64,000 bases of DNA from a virus (IMGVR_UViG_3300021387_000074), one strand, 5' to 3'. Shown: positions 1 to 8,688, numbered from the stretch's first letter. Numbers and translations are program-made. Notes: a model not told the origin generated them from the sequence alone.

Positions 1-398
1 CACACTCTTATTTTTATTCTTTTATCTTTTGATATTTCTTCAAGAATATCAGAATAATTCTCTTTAAATTTTTCCAGTTCTACCGCGTTTAAAAACCCTG
101 GCTTTTCAACAACCTCGCCAGTTTCAGGATCTACTTCTGGCTCTGGTTCAGGATCGTCTGTACCGTCATACTCCGAGTCATCTTTTTCGGGTTCAGTAGT
201 TGGCTCTGGTTCTGGCTCTGGAGCTGGTTCTTCAACAATTCTATCTTCTGGAAGTTTGTCAAAGTCAAAATCATCAAACTCATAATAGCACTCATTTCCT
301 TCGTTGTCAATACAGCGAATTAGACCGTCATCTGTTTTAGACAACGGTGTCACTAGAGAACCATCTAATAAATCTGATAACTCATTATATTTAAACAT
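1..398 (-). CDS. Hypothetical acidic protein with Pro-Glu repeats (partial, runs off window start)
   Basis: Read by hand: ATG at 398 overlaps upstream TAA (TAATG); MFKYNELSDLLDGSLVTP...EPAPEPEPEPTTEPEK... open to base 1. Confidence 0.75.
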   Translation of the reverse strand, partial: MFKYNELSDLLDGSLVTPLSKTDDGLIRCIDNEGNECYYEFDDFDFDKLPEDRIVEEPAPEPEPEPTTEPEKDDSEYDGTDDPEPEPEVDPETGEVVEKPGFLNAVELEKFKENYSDILEEISKDKRIKIRV

Positions 399-1570
399 TA
401 TTTCTTTCTATAAATCCTTGCTAAAATTTGCATAGTGCGTGCCCATTCACCCTCTGTCATTATTTTTGGAATTTGATAAATTTTTCCACCAATATTCATA
501 TCAATAGGGCCATAGTTTTCGCCTTTATAACTAATCCAACCACTATTACTTCTTGATTTTCTTTCTTGTTCTCTTTCCCAGCCAGCTACATCTTTATAAC
601 CCTCTGGACAAGGTTGTTTTATATATGGTCTAATAAGGCCTTCAATATGAAGACCTCTAATAACAGCAATAGATCTTGTTTGTCCTGCTTTATCTTTAAA
701 GTTAGATTTAAAGTTTCCTGAAGTGTTTTTAACGTCAGTAATTTGGTGCAACTGTGTTCCTCCATTTCTTTCAACAGATTTGAAAGTAACAAAAGTCTTA
801 GCGCCGTTATCTGTCACAAACCAGAAATCGCTACTCTTTGAAAGTTCGTCAAGATTAAATCTTCTAGCATCTGAACGACTTACAATTTTGTTTGCTCCAT
901 CGCTAACTTCTTTATAAACATCTGGCATATTTTTTACTAAAATATTATAGTCTTTTGCAGAAACAGTTACGTAGTTTCCTTGAGCACCGTATGTGCTTCT
1001 TTCACCTGACATTTTTTCAGACTCTCTGTAACCAAGATTGTTAAAATATTCCTTTGTTCTTTTTTCAGTCATTCTTTCTTCTGTATTTTGCTGCCAAGGT
1101 TTAATAGCTAAAGACTTAATCATTATTCTCTTCCATCTTTCTGGAATTTTTGGTCCTTCGCCATTTATAGCTGCATGAAAGTTCTTTATATCAGCATTTG
1201 TAGCATTAAAATCTTTTGATATATTTTTATGCAAAAAGTTTTCAACGCTTTTTTTAAAATTTTCATCAGAGCTAGAAATTTTACTTATATTCTCACTTTC
1301 CAATTTTTTTCTTTCAGAACTTAATTCATCTTCCGTTTCTTGATGTATTAAATCCGTTTTTGTTTTATAGCGGTATAAATCTCTTTTTAAAGTTTTGGCT
1401 TTTTTTACATCTTCTTGACTTGCGTTTGCCTTTTCCCCTTTTTTAATAGCCTTTAAGTCTGCCGAATAAGCAGCTTGTCTTTCGGGATCTCTTTTAAGCA
1501 TTATTGATATGTTTGTTTTTTTAGAGTTATCTATTTCTAGTAATATTTCTTTTACTTCACCAAAGTCCAT
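398..1570 (-). CDS. Putative PD-(D/E)xK-type endonuclease next to a DNA methyltransferase
   Basis: KSSDF...VTFKSVERNGGTQLHQ resembles the D...K...GG.Q..Q core of restriction-like nucleases; adjacent MTase; own AAGTTAAT motif. Confidence 0.45.
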   Translation of the reverse strand: MDFGEVKEILLEIDNSKKTNISIMLKRDPERQAAYSADLKAIKKGEKANASQEDVKKAKTLKRDLYRYKTKTDLIHQETEDELSSERKKLESENISKISSSDENFKKSVENFLHKNISKDFNATNADIKNFHAAINGEGPKIPERWKRIMIKSLAIKPWQQNTEERMTEKRTKEYFNNLGYRESEKMSGERSTYGAQGNYVTVSAKDYNILVKNMPDVYKEVSDGANKIVSRSDARRFNLDELSKSSDFWFVTDNGAKTFVTFKSVERNGGTQLHQITDVKNTSGNFKSNFKDKAGQTRSIAVIRGLHIEGLIRPYIKQPCPEGYKDVAGWEREQERKSRSNSGWISYKGENYGPIDMNIGGKIYQIPKIMTEGEWARTMQILARIYRKK

Positions 1571-1579
1571 GAAATTAAC

Positions 1580-2554
1580 TTATTGAATTTTCAATAACTC
1601 TGTGCATATTCTATAAACATCGTCTAAAGAAATTCTTTTTCTTCCATGATCTCTATAATTAGTGAAAATCAAATCTCCATAAAAGTATCTGTTTCCATCT
1701 ATAAAATCATTAAACTCATTTACTAATTTTATTTGTTGTTCTGGGGTTAAATCCTTTTCGCATTTTAAAGTAGCAAAAATTCTATCATTCTTTTGCCCCT
1801 TATAAACATATCCTGGTTTATATTCTAAACCAAAATGTTTAGTTCGAGTATCTAAACATCTAACGTAAATGTTAGTATTTGCTGGTTCGTCGCCAATTAC
1901 GCGCGAAAATATTGGCTTAGTTCTTTTAAAAAAATCAAAAATTTCTCCACCAATCCTATAGCCATATTCTCTATTTAAGTTGATTGGTGTTTTATTGCCA
2001 TTTTTTCCATTGTTGAAAATAACTATACTGTTATCACTCTGCTCACCCTTTTTAAAATGAAAAGAGCAAACATTATAAGTAGTATTTTTAAACACTTGAT
2101 ATGTGAAATAATTTACATAGTCTACATGATATTGAGAAAAGAATTTTTCCCTTACTTCTCTTGTTGCTTCGTCTGTAAAAAAATTAAGTGGGATAATTAA
2201 AATTCCTTCTTCACAACCCATTATACTTAATATAGAAGCTTTATACAAATCATCGGTTTGATACTTATCAAAAATTTCTTTAAACTGATCTGTTTTATTT
2301 CTTGCTAAATAAGGTGGATTTGTAATTACAACCTTACCCGTATAATCAATTGGGGTTAACAAACTATCTCTGTAATTTACTCTTGGGTCTTTTATATCTA
2401 TATCATAAAGTTCCCATTTTGTATTAGGAGAATATTTTGTTAAGTCACAAGCACCCGCAAAAGGATCCACTGCCTCTTGCGGGTAAAAATCTATTCCTTG
2501 TAAAATTTCTTTATAGTTTTCTGTAAAATGTTGCGTTTTTTTTAAATCACTCAT
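1580..2554 (-). CDS. N6-adenine DNA methyltransferase
   Basis: Motif I VDPFAGACDL followed by motif IV ITNPPY. Confidence 0.88.
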   Translation of the reverse strand: MSDLKKTQHFTENYKEILQGIDFYPQEAVDPFAGACDLTKYSPNTKWELYDIDIKDPRVNYRDSLLTPIDYTGKVVITNPPYLARNKTDQFKEIFDKYQTDDLYKASILSIMGCEEGILIIPLNFFTDEATREVREKFFSQYHVDYVNYFTYQVFKNTTYNVCSFHFKKGEQSDNSIVIFNNGKNGNKTPINLNREYGYRIGGEIFDFFKRTKPIFSRVIGDEPANTNIYVRCLDTRTKHFGLEYKPGYVYKGQKNDRIFATLKCEKDLTPEQQIKLVNEFNDFIDGNRYFYGDLIFTNYRDHGRKRISLDDVYRICTELLKIQ

Positions 2555-2879
2555 CTACTGTAACTTCTTTCTTTCCAAATTTTCTATTCAAAAATGCTTG
2601 AATTGCATTCCAAGAAACCTCTGCAGGAAAATGGATTACCCATCGTTCCTGGCAAGCTTCAGAATAAGACATAATAACCCCTTGTTTATTAGTGTCAAAA
2701 CCAAGAGCATCATATTCTGGAACAATTGTAAATTCAATCCAACAGTCTTCATTATTTTCACAAACATAAGAAACTGTTTCTGTTATATAGGCTATATTTT
2801 CATCAAGTTTATAACCTGGGATTTTAAATTGTGTTAAGTCAGCAAATTCAATTGTTTCAATATCTACATTTACCATCAC
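2547..2879 (-). CDS. Hypothetical protein
   Basis: 110-aa ORF overlapping both neighbours; GGAGG RBS upstream. Confidence 0.7.
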   Translation of the reverse strand: MMVNVDIETIEFADLTQFKIPGYKLDENIAYITETVSYVCENNEDCWIEFTIVPEYDALGFDTNKQGVIMSYSEACQERWVIHFPAEVSWNAIQAFLNRKFGKKEVTVDE

Positions 2880-3400
2880 ATTGCCTCCTTGAATGATGTT
2901 ACATATTTTCCTTTTGCTTCTTTTTCTTCAAGAGAAGATCCTGGTATCTCAAACTCAGTGCCTCCATAATTGTCATCGTCGTCCTCATCATCTAAGCGTG
3001 GAACTGTAATTGTCAAACTAGGATTCCAAGCTGGAATACCTACTGGTTGACTTTGGATTACGCCTGACAACACGCCATAGAATTGCTGACAAACAGCAGG
3101 ATCAAGAAATTTTATGCTTATTTCTACATCCGTTGCACCTAGTGGGTTATATGCATCTTGTTTTACATTAGCAGCATACAACATCCAAGCCCCTGGATTA
3201 TCCATTAAAACTTGCATTGCTGCTTGATTACCTTGAGCTATCGCTGCTTTTGTGTAAGTCATGTAAGGTTGCATTGCTTGTTGCATTGATTGCCGCCATT
3301 GACTATAACCATCGTCGCTTGATGTAAATTCTACTTCATTTTTGTTTACTACTTCATTTCTATTTTTTAAAACTTCTCTAATTTTTGATGAAATCGACAC
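2876..3400 (-). CDS. Hypothetical protein, weak tail-tube-like segment
   Basis: GTG start with AGGAG RBS; YNPLG...ISIKFLDPA echoes tube protein YNPLTG...AQFDPAG. Confidence 0.6.
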   Translation of the reverse strand: MSISSKIREVLKNRNEVVNKNEVEFTSSDDGYSQWRQSMQQAMQPYMTYTKAAIAQGNQAAMQVLMDNPGAWMLYAANVKQDAYNPLGATDVEISIKFLDPAVCQQFYGVLSGVIQSQPVGIPAWNPSLTITVPRLDDEDDDDNYGGTEFEIPGSSLEEKEAKGKYVTSFKEAM

Positions 3401-4920
3401 TAATTACTCCTTGGCTGATATCTAATCAGCATTGCTCTAATGGTGTCTGGATTTGTAACCCAGTTTCTACTACCAAATAGAATTCCACCATTATCGTCAG
3501 GATAAACTTTCATAAGATAGAAACCTGTCAAAAGTTTTTCCTTTATATGTTCATAATATGACGCAAAACAAGGAATTGTCAACTCTTCTCCATTGCAGTC
3601 TTCGGCAGTTATGAAGCACATCAGTTTTCCATTCTTCTGATTATGACATCTTAAATCCTTTACATGAACAAATACATAAGCAGATGATTTATCAGCTTCG
3701 CGAATTTCATTAAAATCTCTAAGACATTTATTCAAAGAAACAAGTTTTTCAATCTTTGAAACCATATCATCTGAGAACACTCCGTGGAAGAAGCTACCAC
3801 TAAGATAGTTCTTTTCCATTTCCATATACTCTTCTGGAGTTGTCTTAGAATCAAGCTCGTGATTTTCTACTGTTTCATTCCAAATCTTTATAAGTTTTTC
3901 GGGAGTCTTAGTTGTCTTTTTGTTAATGTAAAACTCTTCAGTGATTTTAAGATATTTTCTTCTTTCACCTTCAGGTATTAAATTATCAAAAGCACCACCA
4001 CCAATTAACGCGAGAGTAATTCTTTTATTAACCTTAGTTCCAAGAGTTTTAATTATAAAATCAATAATACTCTCATAACCTCTGTGCTCTATAATATTTA
4101 GTGCTGGCTCTTCACCTACACCCTTAATCTCATTCAAACCAAATCTTATTTCTTTTTCTGAAACTGGAGTAAAATGAATGTTAGAGCTGTTAACATCAGG
4201 TGGTAAAATTTTAAACCCGTTTTTTTGCGACTCTTTAATAGAATCTTTTAAAACATCTGTTTTTGTTGCATCATAAGTCAAAGACGCTGCCCAAAAGTAT
4301 GGTTTGAAATAACGAGACATATAGAGTGTCTCACACGCAACATAAGTATAAGCCGCCGCATGAGATTTATTAAAAGAATAAGCTGACAAAGTAATCAAAT
4401 CTGCAGTAAATTCATCGATCTCTGCAGAAGTTAGTTTACTCTTCGCTTCTTCTTTAATCGTACTAACCAACTTTTCCCAGGCATCCAAATCTTCTTGCTT
4501 TTTATTTGCTTTACCGAGTTTCTTTAAAAGACCACGAGCGTAATTACCCTTAATTTTTCCGTTTGAAAGATCTTCTACGAGTTTCATAATCTCCTCTTGG
4601 AAGAGAATACAACCGTGAGAATCTTTCAAAAATTTAGATATAGGCTCTGGATACTTTGATCCTTCTGTTCCGTTTGCTACGAAGTCATCAAACGAGAAAG
4701 AAGAACCTGGTCTCGACAAAGCATTCAAACAAGTAAGTTCGTCAAAGTTTTGAGGAATTGCTCTCTGAATCATACCAGATGCAGTATTACCTGAAAACTG
4801 AAATATATTCGCTTGACTCTCATTTACTTGTTGAAATAATTGTTTATCTTCATATGACATTCCGTAATACAAGAACTCTTTTAATTCTTGCTTACTGACA
4901 TTTTCTTGTAAAATTTTCAT
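3400..4920 (-). CDS. dnaE: DNA polymerase III alpha (DnaE), C-terminal part (fingers, HhH, OB fold)
   Basis: IFQF, LNALSRPG, ILFQEEIM, YSFNKSHAAAY, LPPDVNSS, IRFGLNEIKGVG; start moved to ATG 4920 behind AGGGG RBS. Confidence 0.92.
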   Translation of the reverse strand: MKILQENVSKQELKEFLYYGMSYEDKQLFQQVNESQANIFQFSGNTASGMIQRAIPQNFDELTCLNALSRPGSSFSFDDFVANGTEGSKYPEPISKFLKDSHGCILFQEEIMKLVEDLSNGKIKGNYARGLLKKLGKANKKQEDLDAWEKLVSTIKEEAKSKLTSAEIDEFTADLITLSAYSFNKSHAAAYTYVACETLYMSRYFKPYFWAASLTYDATKTDVLKDSIKESQKNGFKILPPDVNSSNIHFTPVSEKEIRFGLNEIKGVGEEPALNIIEHRGYESIIDFIIKTLGTKVNKRITLALIGGGAFDNLIPEGERRKYLKITEEFYINKKTTKTPEKLIKIWNETVENHELDSKTTPEEYMEMEKNYLSGSFFHGVFSDDMVSKIEKLVSLNKCLRDFNEIREADKSSAYVFVHVKDLRCHNQKNGKLMCFITAEDCNGEELTIPCFASYYEHIKEKLLTGFYLMKVYPDDNGGILFGSRNWVTNPDTIRAMLIRYQPRSN

Positions 4921-4927
4921 GATTAAA

Positions 4928-7057
4928 TTATACCCCTGAAGCTTTATTTTGTAAATATGATTTTGATACAATTTTTACAATCCCATCGTCGTCTTCAATC
5001 TTTACAAGCTCTTCATTTACAGATTCTACCGCATTTGAAATTACTTCCAAAACAGTAATAGCCAAAAAGTCATACTTGATTACACCAAGTTCATCCAACT
5101 CTGTGTTTCCACCATTTTCTACAAACGCAGATGCTACTCCATCCTTTGTATGAACAACTGGAATATATTCCCAAACTGGTTTATCCATAATAAGACAACC
5201 ACCAGCGTGTTGACCTACTTGACGCACCTGTCCTATAATCTTTGGAGTGAAATCCAAATATGCTTTATTTCTCTGATAAGTTTCATAAAGTGCTGGAAAC
5301 TGTTCTGCATACATCTTCATATTCTCTTCAAAACTTAATTCATCATTAAGTTCTTTACAGAACGCATTACTTTCACCAAATGGCACATCACACTTTCTGA
5401 GAATATCTTTAATTGCGGATGCCAAGCCTACTGTTCCATAAGCCGCTACACCCATTACTCTTTCTGGACCATACTTTTCAATAAGCATTTGCTTTGCTGC
5501 TTCTTTTGCTTTTGGCTCAAAGTCTGTATCAATATCCAAGCCACCAGAACCACCACGCTTAATCTGAACAATTTCAAGCGGCTTTGTTAAATCTACTTTA
5601 TCTGTTTTACCCAAGAAGAATGGAAGAACATATCTATCATCACATTCTACTTCCATAATTTCATCATAAATAGAAACTTCTTTATCGAGCCACTTTGCTC
5701 TTCTTAATTCTTTAAGGGCACGGTCTTTATATTCTGGATATTCCTTTATTTTCTGAGCTACAATTTTCTTCAAATCGTCAAAGTTATAATTACGGTTCTT
5801 TGTTATATACCAATCACCTTTATAATACTTATAAGTATTTGATACCAATCTGTCGTCAGAAACAAACCTCTCGAACAACAACCCAAGTTTAATTGGGTCA
5901 ATTGCCCAAGAAGTAATTCCAAGACAAGCACATACCAAACTTCCACCCGCAGAACCACGGCCACTTCCAAGCATATATCTCTGTTCTTTTGCCCAATTAA
6001 TTACAGAAGACAAATTCAACAAATAACGATATGCACCTTTTTTCAAAAGTGTTTCAAGTTCCAACTCAAGTCTGTCTTTATATTCTTGTGGACAATCTTC
6101 ATAATCACAATTAAAATGTTTTGACAATCCTTCCTTTGCTAGTCTTACGAAATCGTCTTCCTCATCAAACGAGAATCTTGGCAATTTCATACCTGTTCCC
6201 AAAGGAATAACAAAATTACACTTTTCAGCAATTTTGTCTGTGTTAGCACACCACTGCTCTATCTGTTCGTCTGTATAACCATAATTCCAACCCTTGTTGA
6301 ACTGTTTGAAATCATCTACACTCTGATAGAACAACGATTTGCACTTATATGTATCATCACCTTCTGAATCTTCATCTTTTCTAAGGTTAAAAATAAATCT
6401 CTGAGTTTGCGCACCTTCTCTTGTTGCGTAATGCACGTCGCCCGTAATTACAACTGGAACATTATACTTTGCTGCAGTTTTTATAATCCAATCATTATAT
6501 TTCTTTTGATCTTCTACAAGTTCGTTTAACTGAATTTCAGCATAAAAGTTTTCGCCAAACTCATCAACAAATCTTTTAAAATAAGCTTCTGCTTTTTCTT
6601 CATTACCAGCCAAAACACACTGAGAAAATACAGAGGCCAAACAAGCAGAGCCTACAATTATTCCTTCTTTATATTGAAACAATTCTTCAAATGTATTTCT
6701 TGGTTTATAATAGAAGTGATCTTCATCAATGTTTGAGATATAATTCAAATGGCAAAGATTTTTCCAACCAGTTTCATTAGAAGCCAAAAGAATAATATGA
6801 TTATAATGAGTTCTCTTTCTTTTCTTACCTTCCATTGTTACCAATTCTTCTACAAGATATCCTTCCATTCCGAGAATTGGTTTTACACCTTTTGAAATCG
6901 CATATTGTTGAAATTTAAAAAGTCCAGACATCATTCCATGGTCTGTTAAAGCAAGTGCTTTATGCCCATTATTTACTGCTTGATCTACTAATTCTGTTAC
7001 ATCTGAAACTCCGTCATAGAAACTTCCATTTTTACTATGAACATGTAAATGAACCAT
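4928..7057 (-). CDS. dnaE: DNA polymerase III alpha (DnaE), N-terminal part (PHP and palm) with ~100-aa insertion
   Basis: HLHVHS, ALTDHG, TGDVHY (PHP metal ligands), GRGSAGGSLV, LLFERF, DIDTDF, HAGG, KYDFL. Confidence 0.95.
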   Translation of the reverse strand: MVHLHVHSKNGSFYDGVSDVTELVDQAVNNGHKALALTDHGMMSGLFKFQQYAISKGVKPILGMEGYLVEELVTMEGKKRKRTHYNHIILLASNETGWKNLCHLNYISNIDEDHFYYKPRNTFEELFQYKEGIIVGSACLASVFSQCVLAGNEEKAEAYFKRFVDEFGENFYAEIQLNELVEDQKKYNDWIIKTAAKYNVPVVITGDVHYATREGAQTQRFIFNLRKDEDSEGDDTYKCKSLFYQSVDDFKQFNKGWNYGYTDEQIEQWCANTDKIAEKCNFVIPLGTGMKLPRFSFDEEDDFVRLAKEGLSKHFNCDYEDCPQEYKDRLELELETLLKKGAYRYLLNLSSVINWAKEQRYMLGSGRGSAGGSLVCACLGITSWAIDPIKLGLLFERFVSDDRLVSNTYKYYKGDWYITKNRNYNFDDLKKIVAQKIKEYPEYKDRALKELRRAKWLDKEVSIYDEIMEVECDDRYVLPFFLGKTDKVDLTKPLEIVQIKRGGSGGLDIDTDFEPKAKEAAKQMLIEKYGPERVMGVAAYGTVGLASAIKDILRKCDVPFGESNAFCKELNDELSFEENMKMYAEQFPALYETYQRNKAYLDFTPKIIGQVRQVGQHAGGCLIMDKPVWEYIPVVHTKDGVASAFVENGGNTELDELGVIKYDFLAITVLEVISNAVESVNEELVKIEDDDGIVKIVSKSYLQNKASGV

Positions 7058-7077
7058 CTTTTCACCTCTTTTTTTTA

Positions 7078-7106
7078 ATTATACCACAAATAAAAAAAGC
7101 AGTCAA
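7078..7106 (-). promoter_or_regulatory. Sigma-70-type early promoter for the dnaE operon
   Basis: TTGACT-N17-TATAAT with extended TG on the minus strand. Confidence 0.8.
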
Positions 7107-7121
7107 GACTGACTGCTTTTT
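7092..7121 (-). terminator. Intrinsic terminator overlapping the dnaE promoter -35
   Basis: AAAAGCAGTCA-agac-TGACTGCTTTT hairpin with A/T tracts on both sides. Confidence 0.75.
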
Positions 7122-7140
7122 GAGTTCTTATGTTACGGCG

Positions 7141-7551
7141 TTATTCGTCAAGGAACGGTTTTCGCCATTTTGCTGCTGGCTTTACAGTAAACCAAGTTGG
7201 CTTTACAATTTCTATTGTTGCCTCTTTAGTGCTACTAATATTTCCCGCCATAGCTGGGGATAAATAAAGATCTATTCCATTTTCTTTAAACTTTTTTAAA
7301 GCTTCAACAAAATCATCAAGAACAGTAACATCCGCATAAAGCGAATCGCCTTCAACATGGAAATTTGTAATTGTGCCAACCAAATGTTCAATATCGGCAT
7401 CATCTTTAAAACCATCATCTGGCACATTATCAACTAATGGAACAATATAATCTCTATGTTCTTTTTCAAACTCTTTTAAAGTTTTTAAAGAATAATAATA
7501 TCCATTTGCATTTACAATATCAGCTCTTAAAAATTCAACTGTCTTTTTCAT
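7141..7551 (-). CDS. Diverged, probably inactive prohead-protease (gp21-like) paralog
   Basis: ADIVNANGYYY / IEHLVGTITNF...LYADVTVL / GIDLYLSPAMAG / KPA track the protease motifs ADKINRNLRVY / LERIAVTF...LEGKA / GFKICFSTRCSG / SPS; the GELxH His is absent. Confidence 0.6.
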   Translation of the reverse strand: MKKTVEFLRADIVNANGYYYSLKTLKEFEKEHRDYIVPLVDNVPDDGFKDDADIEHLVGTITNFHVEGDSLYADVTVLDDFVEALKKFKENGIDLYLSPAMAGNISSTKEATIEIVKPTWFTVKPAAKWRKPFLDE

Positions 7552-7700
7552 TCTATTTCTCCTTTTTCTTTAAGTCTATCTATTTCTTTTTTAAAAGAAG
7601 GTGAGTTATTATAAAAAAAATCAAATACCTCATCTTCTGGTATAGCCTCTAATTGTTTTAAACAATCATCAAGAATTTGTAAACTTTCTTCTTTAGTCAT
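7548..7700 (-). CDS. Small hypothetical protein (50 aa; not in ORF track)
   Basis: MTKEESLQILDDCLKQLEAIPEDEVFDFFYNNSPSFKKEIDRLKEKGEIE; ATGA overlap with the next gene. Confidence 0.7.
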   Translation of the reverse strand: MTKEESLQILDDCLKQLEAIPEDEVFDFFYNNSPSFKKEIDRLKEKGEIE

Positions 7701-7704
7701 TTTA

Positions 7705-7971
7705 TTACCCCGCTCTTGTCCTAATTAAACCAGGCCACACGTCTGCTATACTGTCTGGACGCTGAGCTTCTAAAAAATCGTCTTGAATTGATCCATTCTT
7801 AACCATATAATTATAAGCATTTTCAAGAGCTTGTTGAGTATTAAGTCTTATTTCAGCATCGACAATATCTCCTACTAACCATTTCCATCTTTCCTCAAGA
7901 TCTTGCTCAGGTGTTTGATCTTCTTTTTCTGCTTCTTTAAAAGTTTCTGCCAAAAAAGTTTTTACATACAT
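7705..7971 (-). CDS. Stand-alone paralog of the major capsid protein N-terminal propeptide
   Basis: 24 of 47 residues identical, ungapped, to MCP residues ~13-59 (RWxW..DI.DAE..LNTQ..LEN.Y.YM...G.I). Confidence 0.85.
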   Translation of the reverse strand: MYVKTFLAETFKEAEKEDQTPEQDLEERWKWLVGDIVDAEIRLNTQQALENAYNYMVKNGSIQDDFLEAQRPDSIADVWPGLIRTRAG

Positions 7972-7974
7972 TTT

Positions 7975-8295
7975 TTAGTCCTTAAATTTTGCAATGTCTT
8001 CTTTTGTTACGCCCATATTTACAAGGAGTAAGTTAAGATATCCCATAACGTCAACAACATCGTTTACCCTTGGTTGCTTATCTGGGCAGTTCTTAATTCT
8101 TGAAAGTTTATCATCAAGTCGCTGATAAATTCCATTAAGTGCTACTGTATCTGGCCCCATAAATCTTGCAAATAAACCAAGTGGCTGAGAACCAATATTA
8201 CCATACTGAGTATTTTTGTAAATCTGCATATCAGCCATTGCGTCATAAATATCGCTAATTTTTCTATTAACTGTTTCTAAATTATTTTCGCTCAT
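7975..8295 (-). CDS. Nucleotide-modification-associated domain 1 (DUF1599-like) protein
   Basis: KNTQYG ... RLDDKLSRI ... DVVDVMGY motif pattern. Confidence 0.7.
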   Translation of the reverse strand: MSENNLETVNRKISDIYDAMADMQIYKNTQYGNIGSQPLGLFARFMGPDTVALNGIYQRLDDKLSRIKNCPDKQPRVNDVVDVMGYLNLLLVNMGVTKEDIAKFKD

Positions 8296-8653
8296 TCACA
8301 ACTCCTATCAATGGGTATGAAACATCGTCTGAGCAGTCGCATTCCCAGTCTATTAAATAAACTCTTTCAAATTTTTCATTAAGTTTTTCAAAGACTGTCT
8401 GAATATCTTTAAAATAATTAAGCCACTCTCCACTGCCATTCCTACCCATATGACACTCAATAACCCAATACTTATTCTGATACTCATTTGGTATTTCTTC
8501 ACCAAACTCGTTTGCTACTACTTCGGCAACTGTGTCAACCCAAAACCTGTCTTCTTTGTCTACTTCATTAAAGCAATCCTTAATCTTTTTGACAAAACCT
8601 TCATCTTCAACTTTTAACCAAGTTTCATTATATTTGTTTTCTATCTTTTTCAT
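8282..8653 (-). CDS. Hypothetical protein, probably leaderless
   Basis: ATG 8653 lies 6 nt below a perfect TATAAT and has no SD. Confidence 0.7.
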   Translation of the reverse strand: MKKIENKYNETWLKVEDEGFVKKIKDCFNEVDKEDRFWVDTVAEVVANEFGEEIPNEYQNKYWVIECHMGRNGSGEWLNYFKDIQTVFEKLNEKFERVYLIDWECDCSDDVSYPLIGVVNERK

Positions 8654-8659
8654 AAGCAA

Positions 8660-8688
8660 ATTATATACAAAACTATAAAATTTGTCAA
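8660..8688 (-). promoter_or_regulatory. Consensus sigma-70 early promoter driving the 8653-7141 operon
   Basis: TTGACA-N17-TATAAT on the minus strand. Confidence 0.85.

Noticed and set aside
4928-5000. DnaE-N tail IVKIVSKSYL resembles the start of split-intein C-fragments
   Set aside because: No N-intein Cys/Ser block, no terminal HN followed by C/S/T, and it is on the wrong fragment; likely chance or an unrecognisable relic
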